Notes under the pieces: generated by a model | What the model was told of the DNA's origin: nothing | Database searches by the model: none | The model's input: only the letters and a program-made list of their open reading frames with translations | Translations under genes and position numbers: made by a program | NCBI GenBank assembly: GCA_021801565.1 | Contig: JAJYXV010000015.1 | Coordinates: 155,198 to 219,197, forward strand | Direction of reading: 5' to 3' | Length of the DNA: 64,000 nt | Origin: a bacterium | Lineage (GTDB): Bacteria > Patescibacteriota > Minisyncoccia > UBA6257 > GWB1-50-10 | Shown: positions 1-9,462 of the stretch, in pieces | Layout of the letters: each line of letters opens with the position of its first letter | Numbering within the stretch: position 1 is the stretch's first letter

Positions 1-1
1 A

Positions 2-166
2 AATACAAACCCAGTCGTTTCTCCTGAATCCGGATTTGAAGACGCAGCAAAAAGTTCAGGTATTCAATATAGTGATTTTTTGCGCGAACTTGTTTTGAAT
101 ACGCTTGCCCGCAAAAAAAACGGGAATAGTGATATTATTGATTCATATGAAAGTGTTGGTGTTTAA
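2..166 (+). CDS. C-terminal fragment of an ATP-grasp / D-Ala-D-Ala ligase family protein (5' truncated by window)
   Basis: Frame 2 reads NTNPVVSPESGFEDAAKSSGIQYSDFLRELV...*, matching the E(I/V)NTxP...S...AA...G C-terminal pattern of Ddl-like enzymes. Confidence 0.6.
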   Translation, partial: NTNPVVSPESGFEDAAKSSGIQYSDFLRELVLNTLARKKNGNSDIIDSYESVGV

Positions 167-827
167 TACATTAAAAAATTCAGGAGTTGAAGAGGTTTTA
201 AAAGAACACGGGTTTGAAATTGTTTCTTACAATCCCGATGTCGTTGTAAGTTACGGTGGGGATGGAACGCTTATGCGTGCAGAACACATGTATCCGGGAA
301 TTCCAAAACTTCCGCTTCGCGCAAGCGCAGTGTGCAAATTATGTTCACCGATTTCAAATGAAGAAGTGTTGAAGAAAATAGAGAAAAAAAAATATTCGAT
401 TGAAGAGTTTTGGAAATTGAATGTAGTTGCACGTGGGGAAACATACGTAGGAGTAAATGATGTGATTGTGCACAATAAAGATCCGCGCCACGCGATTCGC
501 TACGATGTGTCGGTGAATAATAAAAAAATTTTGGAAGGAGTGATTGGTGATGGGGTGGTAGTGGCAACGCCATTTGGTTCAACCGGATACTATCGTTCGA
601 TTACCGATAGTTACTTTGAAGTGGGGATGGGGCTTGCATTTAATAATAGTACTGAACAGTCGGATCATATTGTACTCAAAGAAAGTTCGATGATACGAAT
701 TACAATTGCACGTGGTCCTGCGATCGTGTATGTTGATAATCGAAAAGAAAGCATTGAATTAGATGAAGGAGAATTCGCTGAAATAAAAAAATCAGACCAG
801 GTGGCGAAAATAATAAGAGTTATTTAA
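147..827 (+). CDS. nadK: NAD(+) kinase
   Basis: GGDGT motif, ND motif, GDGVVVATPFGSTGY; ATG at 147 preferred over TTG 105. Confidence 0.85.
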   Translation: MKVLVFNTLKNSGVEEVLKEHGFEIVSYNPDVVVSYGGDGTLMRAEHMYPGIPKLPLRASAVCKLCSPISNEEVLKKIEKKKYSIEEFWKLNVVARGETYVGVNDVIVHNKDPRHAIRYDVSVNNKKILEGVIGDGVVVATPFGSTGYYRSITDSYFEVGMGLAFNNSTEQSDHIVLKESSMIRITIARGPAIVYVDNRKESIELDEGEFAEIKKSDQVAKIIRVI

Positions 828-842
828 TATAAAGTGTAGTTT

Positions 843-954
843 GGGCCTGTAGTTCAGTGTCCCGATTCATAACTTAATGCGTTAGAATCGCGGATCCTCG
901 AAAAATATATAAATTGAAGATTGATTATTTTTCGGGAGTATGACGCAACATTCG
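843..954 (+). pseudogene. tRNA-Ala 5' half interrupted by a 78-bp hairpin insertion
   Basis: 843-859 plus 938-954 joined = gggcctgtagttcagtggtatgacgcaacattcg, 30/34 identical to the 5' part of the tRNA at 1393; insert 860-937 is TCCCGA...TCGGGA. Confidence 0.8.
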
Positions 955-975
955 TCCTGATTTTTAAATTTTGAA

Positions 976-1242
976 ATGTTTTACACATACATTTTAAGAT
1001 CAGAGTTAAACAACCCTTTTTATATTGGGAGTACAAATAATATTGAACAACGGTTATATTTTCATAATCATGGTCTGGTCAAATCGACAAAGAGATACAA
1101 ACCCTGGCAATTGATATATATTGAAGAATATAAGACACTAAAATTTGCTCGGAATAGGGAATTACAAATTAAGTCATGGAAAAGTAGAAAGTCGATTGAG
1201 TCAGTTATTTCAAAATTTGAAAAAATCGATGATCCTCGATGA
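976..1242 (+). CDS. Small GIY-YIG nuclease family protein
   Basis: FYTYIL...FYIGST...RL..HN.G...STKRYKPW.L.Y.E...A..RE.QIK pattern. Confidence 0.9.
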   Translation: MFYTYILRSELNNPFYIGSTNNIEQRLYFHNHGLVKSTKRYKPWQLIYIEEYKTLKFARNRELQIKSWKSRKSIESVISKFEKIDDPR

Positions 1243-1249
1243 TTTTGGT

Positions 1250-1358
1250 GGGCCTATGGTTCAGTGGTAGAACGCGGTCCCGCCCATACTTCGTATCGCG
1301 GGATTGCGATTTGTGTATAAAAATCATAAAATTTTTATACAAATCGGGAACATTCGCA
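1250..1358 (+). pseudogene. Second degenerate tRNA-Ala 5' half interrupted by a TCCCG...TCGGGA insertion
   Basis: gggcctatggttcagtggtagaacgcgg (1250-1277), insert 1278-1349, then acattcgca. Confidence 0.7.
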
Positions 1359-1392
1359 CCGTGCCCCGTTTATAAATTTGTGGATCTGTGAT

Positions 1393-1463
1393 GGGCCTAT
1401 GGTCTAGTGGTATGACGCAACATTCGCATTGTTGAAGCGGCAGTTCGATTCTGCCTAGGTCCA
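1393..1463 (+). tRNA. tRNA-Ala(CGC)
   Basis: Cloverleaf; acceptor GGGCCTA/TAGGTCC with G3:U70; anticodon arm CAACA-TTCGCAT-TGTTG; GTTCGATT T-loop; CCA not encoded. Confidence 0.93.
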
Positions 1464-1473
1464 CAAAATATAT

Positions 1474-1785
1474 ATGTCAATTAATAAGGAAAATAAAAAT
1501 TCATCACACATACTGAATGCATCATCAAACTTGGTGGGATTTTCATTTATATTATTTACCACAATCAGGGCAATCGGCTTATCAAAAGACACACTACTTG
1601 ATGAAATTGCGGCGTTAGAGATTCTTTTGTTTTGTATAAGTAGTTTGTTTTCTTTTATGTCTATGCGCACAAATTCGGAACAGAGAGCAAATTTCTATGA
1701 AAACGTTGCCGATTTTATATTTTTTATCGGACTTGGTATTCTTTGTATTGTAGCGATACTCCTTACCCTTACCGTGATTAAGTAA
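1474..1785 (+). CDS. Hypothetical membrane protein (about 3 TM)
   Basis: Hydrophobic ORF; HILNASSNLVGFSF N-terminus. Confidence 0.7.
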   Translation: MSINKENKNSSHILNASSNLVGFSFILFTTIRAIGLSKDTLLDEIAALEILLFCISSLFSFMSMRTNSEQRANFYENVADFIFFIGLGILCIVAILLTLTVIK

Positions 1786-1790
1786 TATTT

Positions 1791-2099
1791 ATGAAAAAAT
1801 CTAATTTCTATCTAAAAAGTTTTTTATGTGCACTCGGTACGTTGGTCTATATCGCATTGGTAGCGTTCCTCATGTTTAATGGAAAAAATGTTTTTGGAGA
1901 TGTTTCGAGTTTTATGATCCCTCTCTTTATGTTGCTCTTGTTTGTAATATCAGCATCAATAACCGGATTTTTGGTTTTTGGAAATCCGGTCCAACTTTAT
2001 TTAGACGGATACAAAAAAGAGGCATTTACATTTCTTTTTTCCACAATCTCGTGGCTCATTCTTTTTGCGGTGATGATTGTAGTTGGGTTTTTAATTTAG
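1791..2099 (+). CDS. Hypothetical membrane protein (about 3 TM)
   Basis: Hydrophobic ORF, co-oriented, 5 bp after previous gene. Confidence 0.7.
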   Translation: MKKSNFYLKSFLCALGTLVYIALVAFLMFNGKNVFGDVSSFMIPLFMLLLFVISASITGFLVFGNPVQLYLDGYKKEAFTFLFSTISWLILFAVMIVVGFLI

Positions 2100-2277
2100 A
2101 AAACTTGTCGTATCTATGGCAGATCTCTACTTTCGGTAGACAGGCACTTTTGGCGGAAAAAACTTATTATCTCTCAATTTTTTTGGGTTTTTAATACAAA
2201 ATTATTAGCCATCTTTTCGCGCGTGTATTATAGACCCCTTCTCTTCTACGGGAAAACCGTATGATACAATTAAAAAT

Positions 2278-3954
2278 ATGACAGGAGGATTATTTGAACT
2301 TGCAGTGGTTATTCTTATTGCTGCGGCACTTGGAATTGTGGCAAAACTTTTGCGGCAGCCAATTATTCTCGCATATCTTGTGACGGGAATATGTATTGGG
2401 TATTTTGGTTTTTTCAACATACAAAATGGAGAAGTATTTTCTGTGTTTTCCGATTTGGGAATTATGTTTCTTCTCTTTTTGGTCGGCTTGGAAATTAATT
2501 ACACCTCCCTTCGTCTTGTCGGGAAAACATCACTTTTCGTCGGACTCGGACAGGTTACTATTACAACACTGTTCGGATATATGATTGCCATATGGCTCGG
2601 ATTTATTCCACTCCACGCACTTTATATCGCCATTACGCTTATGTTTTCAAGTACAGTGATTGTGGTAAAACTACTTTCCGACAAGGGAGATTTTAACAGT
2701 TTATATGGAAAAATCAGCGTAGGAATACTTCTTATTCAAGATATCATTGCTATTATTATTCTCGTTATTCTGGCTGGTATTCAAGGAACCGGAGGAACCA
2801 TTGCGTGGGGAAGTCTCCTTCTTACCCTTTTAAAAGGGGGAGTGTTGTTTGCGACAATTGTATGGCTTGGAAGAAAATTTTTTCCTCCACTTTTTGATCG
2901 CATTGCACGCTCACAAGAACTTTTATTTCTCACAAGTCTCGCATGGTTATTTTTTCTTGCCGCGATAGTCAGTAAAATCGGATTTTCAGTTGAAATTGCA
3001 GGATTTCTCGCAGGGCTCGCACTTGCAAACTCGTCGGAGCACTTTGAAATTTCTTATCGTGTCCGTTCGCTTCGCGATTTTTTTATCCTTATCTTTTTTG
3101 TGATTCTTGGGTCCTCTGCGGTAATTTCAAATTTTAGTGGACTCACCGTTCCTATTATTGTTTTTTCTCTGTTTGTGCTTATTGGAAATCCGCTTATTAT
3201 CCTCGTTATTATGGGATTTCTGGGACATCGGAGAAGAACAGGTTTTTTGACTGGTGTAGCACTTGCACAAGTTTCAGAATTCAGCTTGGTGCTTGCAGCG
3301 TTCGGCTTAAAACTCGGACATATTACAGATCAGGTAGTAACACTTATCACAAGCGTCGGTATTATTACCATTGCACTTTCTTCTTACCTCATTGTCTATG
3401 GAGAGCGCATCTATCAATCAATTGAACATATATTAAAATTCTTTGAGAGAAAGAAAATAAAAGAACTTGAATATTCTGAACGTGGAGGAGAAAAATCAAT
3501 TGTGCTTATCGGGGGACATCGCACAGGCGAAAGTTTAGCACTTGGACTTCCACGAAAAGATCTTCTTATCATTGACTTTGATCCGGACGTGATTAAAAAA
3601 CTGAAAGCGAAGGGGTATGAGGTAATTTATGGTGATGCAAGCGATGACGAAGTGCTTTATAATGCGCGGATTGAGGATGCAAAACTTGTCATTTCCACAA
3701 ATCCTCTTCTTGAAGATAATATTATGGTTGCGAAAAAAATCCGTTCTCTTTCCAAAAAACCAAAATTGGTGCTTCGTGCAGATACGGAAAAAGATGCCAA
3801 AATCCTTTATGAATATGGTGCCGATTATGTGTTGCTTCCAAATTTTACTGCGGGACAATATCTTGGAAAAACAATTGCACTAAGTCCTGAAATGGAAATA
3901 CTGCATCATCTTAAAGAAAATGATCTCGCACTTATGAAACGCATTGATACATGA
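2278..3954 (+). CDS. CPA2/Kef-type cation:proton antiporter with C-terminal TrkA-N (RCK) domain
   Basis: ~13 TM, LLFLVGLE, SSTVIVVKLL, QDI motifs; C-terminal IGGHRTG and YGDASD. Confidence 0.9.
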   Translation: MTGGLFELAVVILIAAALGIVAKLLRQPIILAYLVTGICIGYFGFFNIQNGEVFSVFSDLGIMFLLFLVGLEINYTSLRLVGKTSLFVGLGQVTITTLFGYMIAIWLGFIPLHALYIAITLMFSSTVIVVKLLSDKGDFNSLYGKISVGILLIQDIIAIIILVILAGIQGTGGTIAWGSLLLTLLKGGVLFATIVWLGRKFFPPLFDRIARSQELLFLTSLAWLFFLAAIVSKIGFSVEIAGFLAGLALANSSEHFEISYRVRSLRDFFILIFFVILGSSAVISNFSGLTVPIIVFSLFVLIGNPLIILVIMGFLGHRRRTGFLTGVALAQVSEFSLVLAAFGLKLGHITDQVVTLITSVGIITIALSSYLIVYGERIYQSIEHILKFFERKKIKELEYSERGGEKSIVLIGGHRTGESLALGLPRKDLLIIDFDPDVIKKLKAKGYEVIYGDASDDEVLYNARIEDAKLVISTNPLLEDNIMVAKKIRSLSKKPKLVLRADTEKDAKILYEYGADYVLLPNFTAGQYLGKTIALSPEMEILHHLKENDLALMKRIDT

Positions 3955-4008
3955 TCCGTAAAAAGAACACTCTTTCTTTTTTTGAATCTTTGAATAAAAT
4001 AAATATAT

Positions 4009-4788
4009 ATGAACCAAAATAAATCAGCATCATTACCACTTATGGTGAGCGCGCTTATTCTAGGAACAAGTATTGTTGGAGGAACACTTATCGTCGCAAA
4101 TACATTTTATAGGGTGAAGGCTCTCTCAAATGTAGTTGCAGTGACCGGATCAGCGGAAAAAGTGGTGAAATCGGATACTGTAAAATGGGTGAGTAGTTTT
4201 TCTCGCAATGTTGGCGCGGATAATTTGAAAGGGGGAAGCACAGAGATGAAAAAAGACCTTGGAATTGTTTCTGATTATTTTAAGGAGTACGGTGTTCCGG
4301 ATGGAGCGATTACAATACAGCCGATGACCATGACGGCGGTGTGTGAGAGCCAAAATAATGTATTCTACGACAAATTCGGAAACCAATCATGTGGGGGCAA
4401 TCGCGTGACCGGATATACATTCAAACAAGATGTAATTATACAGTCAGATGATGTTGATAAGGTAACAAAACTTTCTCAAGACGCATCCGATTCGCTCATT
4501 ACAAAAGGAGTTATTTTTTCAAGCCAAAATCTCGAATACTACTACAATAAACTTTCGGAGTTACGCGTGGAACTTTTGTCTGAGGCAACAAAAAATGCAA
4601 AAACTCGGGCTGAAAAAATTGTAGAAAGTACTGGCGGAAAAATCGGATTTCTTCAGTCGGCAAGTATGGGGGTATTTCAGGTAACTGCAAAGAATGCAAC
4701 GGATTTTTCGGACTACGGATTTTATGACACCACATCACTTGAAAAGAAGGTAACCGCCGTTGTACGCGCATCATTTGTACTTGAATAG
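4009..4788 (+). CDS. SIMPL (DUF541) domain protein
   Basis: N-terminal TM; VTGSAEK.V.SD; ATKNAK.RAE; A.MGVFQVT; K.V..VV.ASF. Confidence 0.8.
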   Translation: MNQNKSASLPLMVSALILGTSIVGGTLIVANTFYRVKALSNVVAVTGSAEKVVKSDTVKWVSSFSRNVGADNLKGGSTEMKKDLGIVSDYFKEYGVPDGAITIQPMTMTAVCESQNNVFYDKFGNQSCGGNRVTGYTFKQDVIIQSDDVDKVTKLSQDASDSLITKGVIFSSQNLEYYYNKLSELRVELLSEATKNAKTRAEKIVESTGGKIGFLQSASMGVFQVTAKNATDFSDYGFYDTTSLEKKVTAVVRASFVLE

Positions 4789-4917
4789 GCACATTGTTAT
4801 GAATTATGAGAATGTAACTATATTCCCATGTGTTTTTTTGGTATAATAAGATAAATGCAAAAAGGTCGAGAATACAAAGGTATTTTTATATAGAGAGATA
4901 CCTTTTATGTTATTTTT

Positions 4918-5595
4918 ATGATTATTCAAGATTGGGCATCGGTTATTATTGGATCATTACAAAACCTTTGGGTAGGAACCATGAGTACAATTGGAAATAT
5001 TCTGGGTGCACTCGTTGTTCTTCTCATTGGACTCATTGTTGCTGCTGGACTAGGGACCCTTGTTGATCGGCTTATTAAGGTAATTAAACTTGATAAGGCA
5101 TTAGCTGGGCTCGGAATTCAAGAGTATTTCAATCGTGCAGGGATTTCTTTGAATAGTGGAAAGTTTTTTGGGAAATTGGTGTACTGGTTTTTTGTCGTAG
5201 TATTTCTTCTTGCCGCGTCTGATATTTTGGGATTTTACTCACTTTCTGGTTTTCTCCGCGATACATTGCTCTATATTCCAAACGTTGTCGTTGCGGTGCT
5301 TATTATGCTCGCGGCAGTGGTGATTGCGAATGTATTGAAAAAGCTTGTACAGGCCTCGGTGAAAAGTGCACAACTCCACGCATCAAATTTTCTTGGCTCA
5401 CTTACATGGTGGGCGGTTACGATGTTTGGATTTTTTGCGGCACTATCTCAACTTGGTGTTGCGGTACAAATCATCAATGCGGTGGTGACTGGTTTTGTTG
5501 CAATGCTTGCTATTGCCGGTGGTATTGCATTTGGGTTGGGTGGAAAAGACTACGCGTCTCATCTTATCTCAAAACTCCGCGACCACGTGGAATAA
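4918..5595 (+). CDS. MscS-related TM-helix repeat protein (CmpX-like)
   Basis: LYIPNVVVAVLI and AIAGGIAFGLGGKD motifs. Confidence 0.8.
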   Translation: MIIQDWASVIIGSLQNLWVGTMSTIGNILGALVVLLIGLIVAAGLGTLVDRLIKVIKLDKALAGLGIQEYFNRAGISLNSGKFFGKLVYWFFVVVFLLAASDILGFYSLSGFLRDTLLYIPNVVVAVLIMLAAVVIANVLKKLVQASVKSAQLHASNFLGSLTWWAVTMFGFFAALSQLGVAVQIINAVVTGFVAMLAIAGGIAFGLGGKDYASHLISKLRDHVE

Positions 5596-5663
5596 AATCG
5601 ATTTTTTTCAAAATTCCTCTCCAATACACACTGGGGGGAATTTTGTTTTTACTGACAGGGTTG

Positions 5664-5794
5664 CCCCGCACCTTTTCTCAATTTCAAAACCATAATTATG
5701 GTTTTGAATGATTTCTTGGAAAAATATCTTTTTTATGGAATGTTTCAGGATTTACTTTTAAATAAACCAAATCCAATTGAGAAAAGGTGCGGGG
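5664..5794. repeat. Inverted-repeat element (CCCCGCACC subtype), 20-bp perfect arms
   Basis: ccccgcaccttttctcaatt (5664-5683) / aattgagaaaaggtgcgggg (5775-5794); followed by TTGATT-17-TAATCT. Confidence 0.85.
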
Positions 5795-5841
5795 TTGATT
5801 TTCTTATTCAAGAATGATAATCTGGTGTAGATTTTAAATAT

Positions 5842-6150
5842 ATGTTTGCAGTTATAGAAACAGGAGGAAAGCAGTATGTTGTCGAAAAAGGAACGATACT
5901 TTCGGTTGAAAAACTTTCCTCATCAAAAAAAGATGATAAAATAGTTTTTGATAAAGTGCTTTTGATAGCTGAAAAGGATGAGATATCAATCGGCGCCCCT
6001 TATATAAAAGGAGCTGTAGTGAATGCAAAAATTTTAGAAAGTGGAAGGGAAAAAAAGAAAATAGTATTTCGATATCACTCAAAAACTCGGTATAGAAAAC
6101 TAAGAGGTCATCGTCAGCCGTACACAAGTGTGCAGATACTTTCTGTATAA
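5842..6150 (+). CDS. rplU: 50S ribosomal protein L21
   Basis: MFAVIETGGKQY...GHRQPYT. Confidence 0.97.
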   Translation: MFAVIETGGKQYVVEKGTILSVEKLSSSKKDDKIVFDKVLLIAEKDEISIGAPYIKGAVVNAKILESGREKKKIVFRYHSKTRYRKLRGHRQPYTSVQILSV

Positions 6151-6157
6151 TTCGTAT

Positions 6158-6197
6158 GCAAAAACCCCGCGGTCTATAAGCCTTGCGGGGTTTTTGC
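6158..6197 (+). terminator. Intrinsic terminator after rplU
   Basis: aaaaccccgc...gcggggttttt. Confidence 0.7.
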
Positions 6198-6211
6198 TAT
6201 GATAGATATAT

Positions 6212-6667
6212 ATGTTCATTTCAAGTGCATATAAGAATGTATATGGAGGACAAATGACGTTGCCATTTATATTGCTTGTAAGCGGCATTATTATTGAGAT
6301 TACGATTGCGGGGGCGTTTGTTACATATTTTTTAAGCACTTCCGGGTATGGTGAACGGCTTGCAGTACGTGCAGAAACCGCCGCTCGTTCAGGTATTAAT
6401 GATGCGCTTGCGCGAGTGATGCAAAATAAAGACTTTTCTTCCGCTTCTTGCGCCTCGCCCTATACATATACCGTTACTACAGGAGGAGATGTTGCAGAGA
6501 TTTTCCTATGTAGGACGGTTGATATTACTACAAATAAGTATACGTTTACCATTACGAGCGTTGGGACGGCAGCGGCGCACCAGAAAAAATTTGTCGCTAC
6601 TTTACTTGTGGATCAAACTACGGGACAAACTGAGTTACAATCAATTACAGAACAGCCAGTTGAATAA
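6212..6667 (+). CDS. PilX-like minor pilin / pilus assembly protein
   Basis: G|QMTLPFILLV hydrophobic N-terminus, A..AA.SGI.DAL, F.ITSVG pattern; upstream of a PilM-like gene. Confidence 0.55.
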   Translation: MFISSAYKNVYGGQMTLPFILLVSGIIIEITIAGAFVTYFLSTSGYGERLAVRAETAARSGINDALARVMQNKDFSSASCASPYTYTVTTGGDVAEIFLCRTVDITTNKYTFTITSVGTAAAHQKKFVATLLVDQTTGQTELQSITEQPVE

Positions 6668-6672
6668 AAATT

Positions 6673-8205
6673 ATGAATAATATTTTTTCTCTAATAAAAA
6701 AAATTCTTGGATGGTTTGGGCATGTTTTGGAAAAATTAAGCTCTCGGCCGCCTGTGGGTGGAATTTATGTAAGTGGTCTTGGCGTGCAATATGTTTCTTT
6801 TGAAAAAGAGAAACCACAGACACATTTCTTTCGCTTTCCTCCGGGAGTGATGAAAAACGGACGAGTGCAGAATCCTGATGAATTCATAAATATTTTGAAG
6901 CAGATACGAGAAGCAGTGAATCCTAGAAAAAAGACACAAACACTTCAGGTAATTGTGACTCTTCCAACAGAAATTGTATTTACTCAAAGTTTTGAAGTTC
7001 CAAATGTTGGAGAAGAAAAACTTGAAGAAGCGGCAGATTTAAATCTTCAGATGATCTCGCCAATTCCTCACGATTCCGCATATATGAGTTGGCAATTAGT
7101 GAAAGAAAATGACGACCATTTTGAATTATTTGGTGCATTTGTTGAAAAAAATATTATTGAGGAATTTAGAAAGGTGTTTGAAGGCGCTTCATTTCATCCG
7201 ATTGCATTTGAATTCCCAGCGCTTTCTCTTTCACGCGTGATTACAAAATCAATAAATCTTAAAGAAAAGCCGGTCCTAGTATTACAGGTTTCTGGGGATG
7301 GAATTGATCTCTCAATTCTTCGCCACAACACATTGCAATTTGATTATTTTCGTTCTTGGCAATCAGTGCAGGGTGAAGGAAAACAAATTTCTCGTGACGC
7401 ATTCGAGCAGGTAATTGTTGATGAAGTACAAAAAGTTATTAATTTCACTCTGAGCAGATTTAGAGAGATGCTTGATCAGGTTATCGTAGTAGCGCCCGGG
7501 TTCGAGGGGGATATACAGCGGATATTAAAGGGAAGGTTCGGGAACTTGGGAATTATTCCCTTCGTACTTCCTTCACAGGAAGTTACACCATCGTGGTATG
7601 TGGTATATGGCTCCGCACTTCGTGGGGAAAATGATTTTAGCACGGATCAGTATATTAATTTGAATTATGGAATGTCGGCAGATCTTTTTTTTGAACAGTA
7701 TGTGCTGGGATTTACGAAATTATGGAGAAATGTATTAGGAATTATATTTTTATTTTTCTTTATCTTGTTTCTTGTATCGGCACTGTTTTTGAATAGACAG
7801 TTAAAAAACCTCAGCGATGAATTGAATATTTCAAAGCCACAAATAAATAATAAAGAATTTGCCGATATTCGATCGAAAGCACTCGAATTTAACACGATAG
7901 TTGACGCAATTCGACGCGAACCCCGGTATGGAGCGTTTTTCTCAAACTTCATTGATTATTTCACAAAACTTACAGATGAAAATAAAATCTCTATCGATCG
8001 CATTGAGCTTTCTTCTCCGTCGGCACTTATACAGGTGTTAGCTCGTGCACCCGACACAGGAACCGCGATAACGTTTAAAAATGTATTGTTAAAAGATGAA
8101 AGATTTAAGGACGTCAATCTTCCACTTTTTGGGATACACGAACTTCCTGACAACACAGCAAGTTTTTCACTTACGTTTTTTGCAAATGAAGCAATGTTTC
8201 AATAA
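6673..8205 (+). CDS. PilM-like actin-fold domain fused to a PilN-like TM/periplasmic domain
   Basis: PPGVMKNGRVQN, VIVTLP..IVFT..F.VP, single TM near aa 355, C-terminal F.DV.LP...FSLTF. Confidence 0.65.
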   Translation: MNNIFSLIKKILGWFGHVLEKLSSRPPVGGIYVSGLGVQYVSFEKEKPQTHFFRFPPGVMKNGRVQNPDEFINILKQIREAVNPRKKTQTLQVIVTLPTEIVFTQSFEVPNVGEEKLEEAADLNLQMISPIPHDSAYMSWQLVKENDDHFELFGAFVEKNIIEEFRKVFEGASFHPIAFEFPALSLSRVITKSINLKEKPVLVLQVSGDGIDLSILRHNTLQFDYFRSWQSVQGEGKQISRDAFEQVIVDEVQKVINFTLSRFREMLDQVIVVAPGFEGDIQRILKGRFGNLGIIPFVLPSQEVTPSWYVVYGSALRGENDFSTDQYINLNYGMSADLFFEQYVLGFTKLWRNVLGIIFLFFFILFLVSALFLNRQLKNLSDELNISKPQINNKEFADIRSKALEFNTIVDAIRREPRYGAFFSNFIDYFTKLTDENKISIDRIELSSPSALIQVLARAPDTGTAITFKNVLLKDERFKDVNLPLFGIHELPDNTASFSLTFFANEAMFQ

Positions 8206-8795
8206 AACAGTTTTTCATTAATTATATGGAGCGCGTGAGAGAGAATTTCCAAATCCTCTTTTTTTATTTTTTTTAATACAAACTCAGATGCTTTTACCCG
8301 CCTTTCTTTATTAGGTGTTAGCGGTCGAATTCCTATACGGAGCCTAAAGAAATCTTTTGTCCCAAGTGCGTGTATTACTGAAGCAACACCCTTGTGGCCT
8401 GCGGCTCCTCTTCCGAAATCGATTTTATAGTTTCCTAACATAAGATCAGAATCATCATGTGCAAGGAGAAGGTGTTGTGGCGTTTCTTTAAAATAATGTA
8501 GTGCGGTTTGTATTGCATGTCCCGAATCATTCATGAACACAGTCGGTTCTACAAAAATTTTTGATCCATTTTTTGCATACTTAAACACTTTTGATGTGTG
8601 GTTTTTGAATGACAAACCGTATGCATTTTGTAATTCTTTAAGAAACAACGTACCGAGATTATGGTAGGTATGAATATATTCCACACCAGGGTTTCCGAGC
8701 CCTATAATAATGTGCGCAGTCTTACGAACAACATCTAGATTTGTAGGATTGAATTCTTTCATTTGATTCTTTACAATTATCCCATAATTATCCAT
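8199..8795 (-). CDS. pth: Peptidyl-tRNA hydrolase
   Basis: IIGLGNPG.EY..T.HNLG, FMNDSG, HDD.DL, GHKG, RLRIGI; true start may be 8762. Confidence 0.95.
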   Translation of the reverse strand: MDNYGIIVKNQMKEFNPTNLDVVRKTAHIIIGLGNPGVEYIHTYHNLGTLFLKELQNAYGLSFKNHTSKVFKYAKNGSKIFVEPTVFMNDSGHAIQTALHYFKETPQHLLLAHDDSDLMLGNYKIDFGRGAAGHKGVASVIHALGTKDFFRLRIGIRPLTPNKERRVKASEFVLKKIKKEDLEILSHALHIINEKLFY

Positions 8796-8914
8796 GAGGT
8801 GCCATGTTATATGCCCTATTGGAGAATTATGAATATAGTCATAAAATAAAGCATGCTATTTTTTTGGAATATATAAAAGAAAGTCGTTTTTTGCTTGTAG
8901 ATTTAATTAATATA

Positions 8915-9457
8915 ATGAGGAAATTTTTTTGGTCCCTGTTTGAAATAATAGAAACAATAGCGATTGCTGTTGTTGCGGTAGTGCTTGTCCGAACGTTTGT
9001 GGTACAGCCATTTGTGGTAAGTGGGGCGAGTATGGAGCCCACATTTTATAATGGGAACTATTTACTTGTAGATGAGCTTGCATATCGTTTCCGAAGTCCC
9101 GAGCGTGGAGAGGTGGTGGTGTTTCGTTATCCGGGAGACAGAAGGTCATTTTACATAAAGAGAATTATTGGGCTTCCTGGTGAGCGAATAACGCTTGATA
9201 ACGGAAAAGTTTCGGTTTATAAAAATGGAAAAAAGCAGGAATTGGATGAGAGATACCTTTTTGGATCTTCACTTTCTGGATCGTTTGATACAACACTTGG
9301 TGAAGATAAATATTTTGTAATGGGCGACAATCGGAATTTTAGCTTTGACTCGCGGAGTTGGGGATCTCTTCCCGGGTCGGATATTATAGGGGTGGTTCGG
9401 ATTCGTTTGTGGCCGTTGAATGAGATGCGGGCATTTGCCGCGCCTCTCTATAAATAA
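8915..9457 (+). CDS. lepB: Signal peptidase I
   Basis: SGASMEPT, YIKRIIGLPG, GDNR..S.DSR. Confidence 0.95.
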   Translation: MRKFFWSLFEIIETIAIAVVAVVLVRTFVVQPFVVSGASMEPTFYNGNYLLVDELAYRFRSPERGEVVVFRYPGDRRSFYIKRIIGLPGERITLDNGKVSVYKNGKKQELDERYLFGSSLSGSFDTTLGEDKYFVMGDNRNFSFDSRSWGSLPGSDIIGVVRIRLWPLNEMRAFAAPLYK

Positions 9458-9462
9458 CATAT

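Noticed and set aside
860-937. Group I or BHB-type tRNA intron
   Set aside because: Too short for group I, no recognisable core or BHB motif, and the interrupted copy lacks its own 3' half
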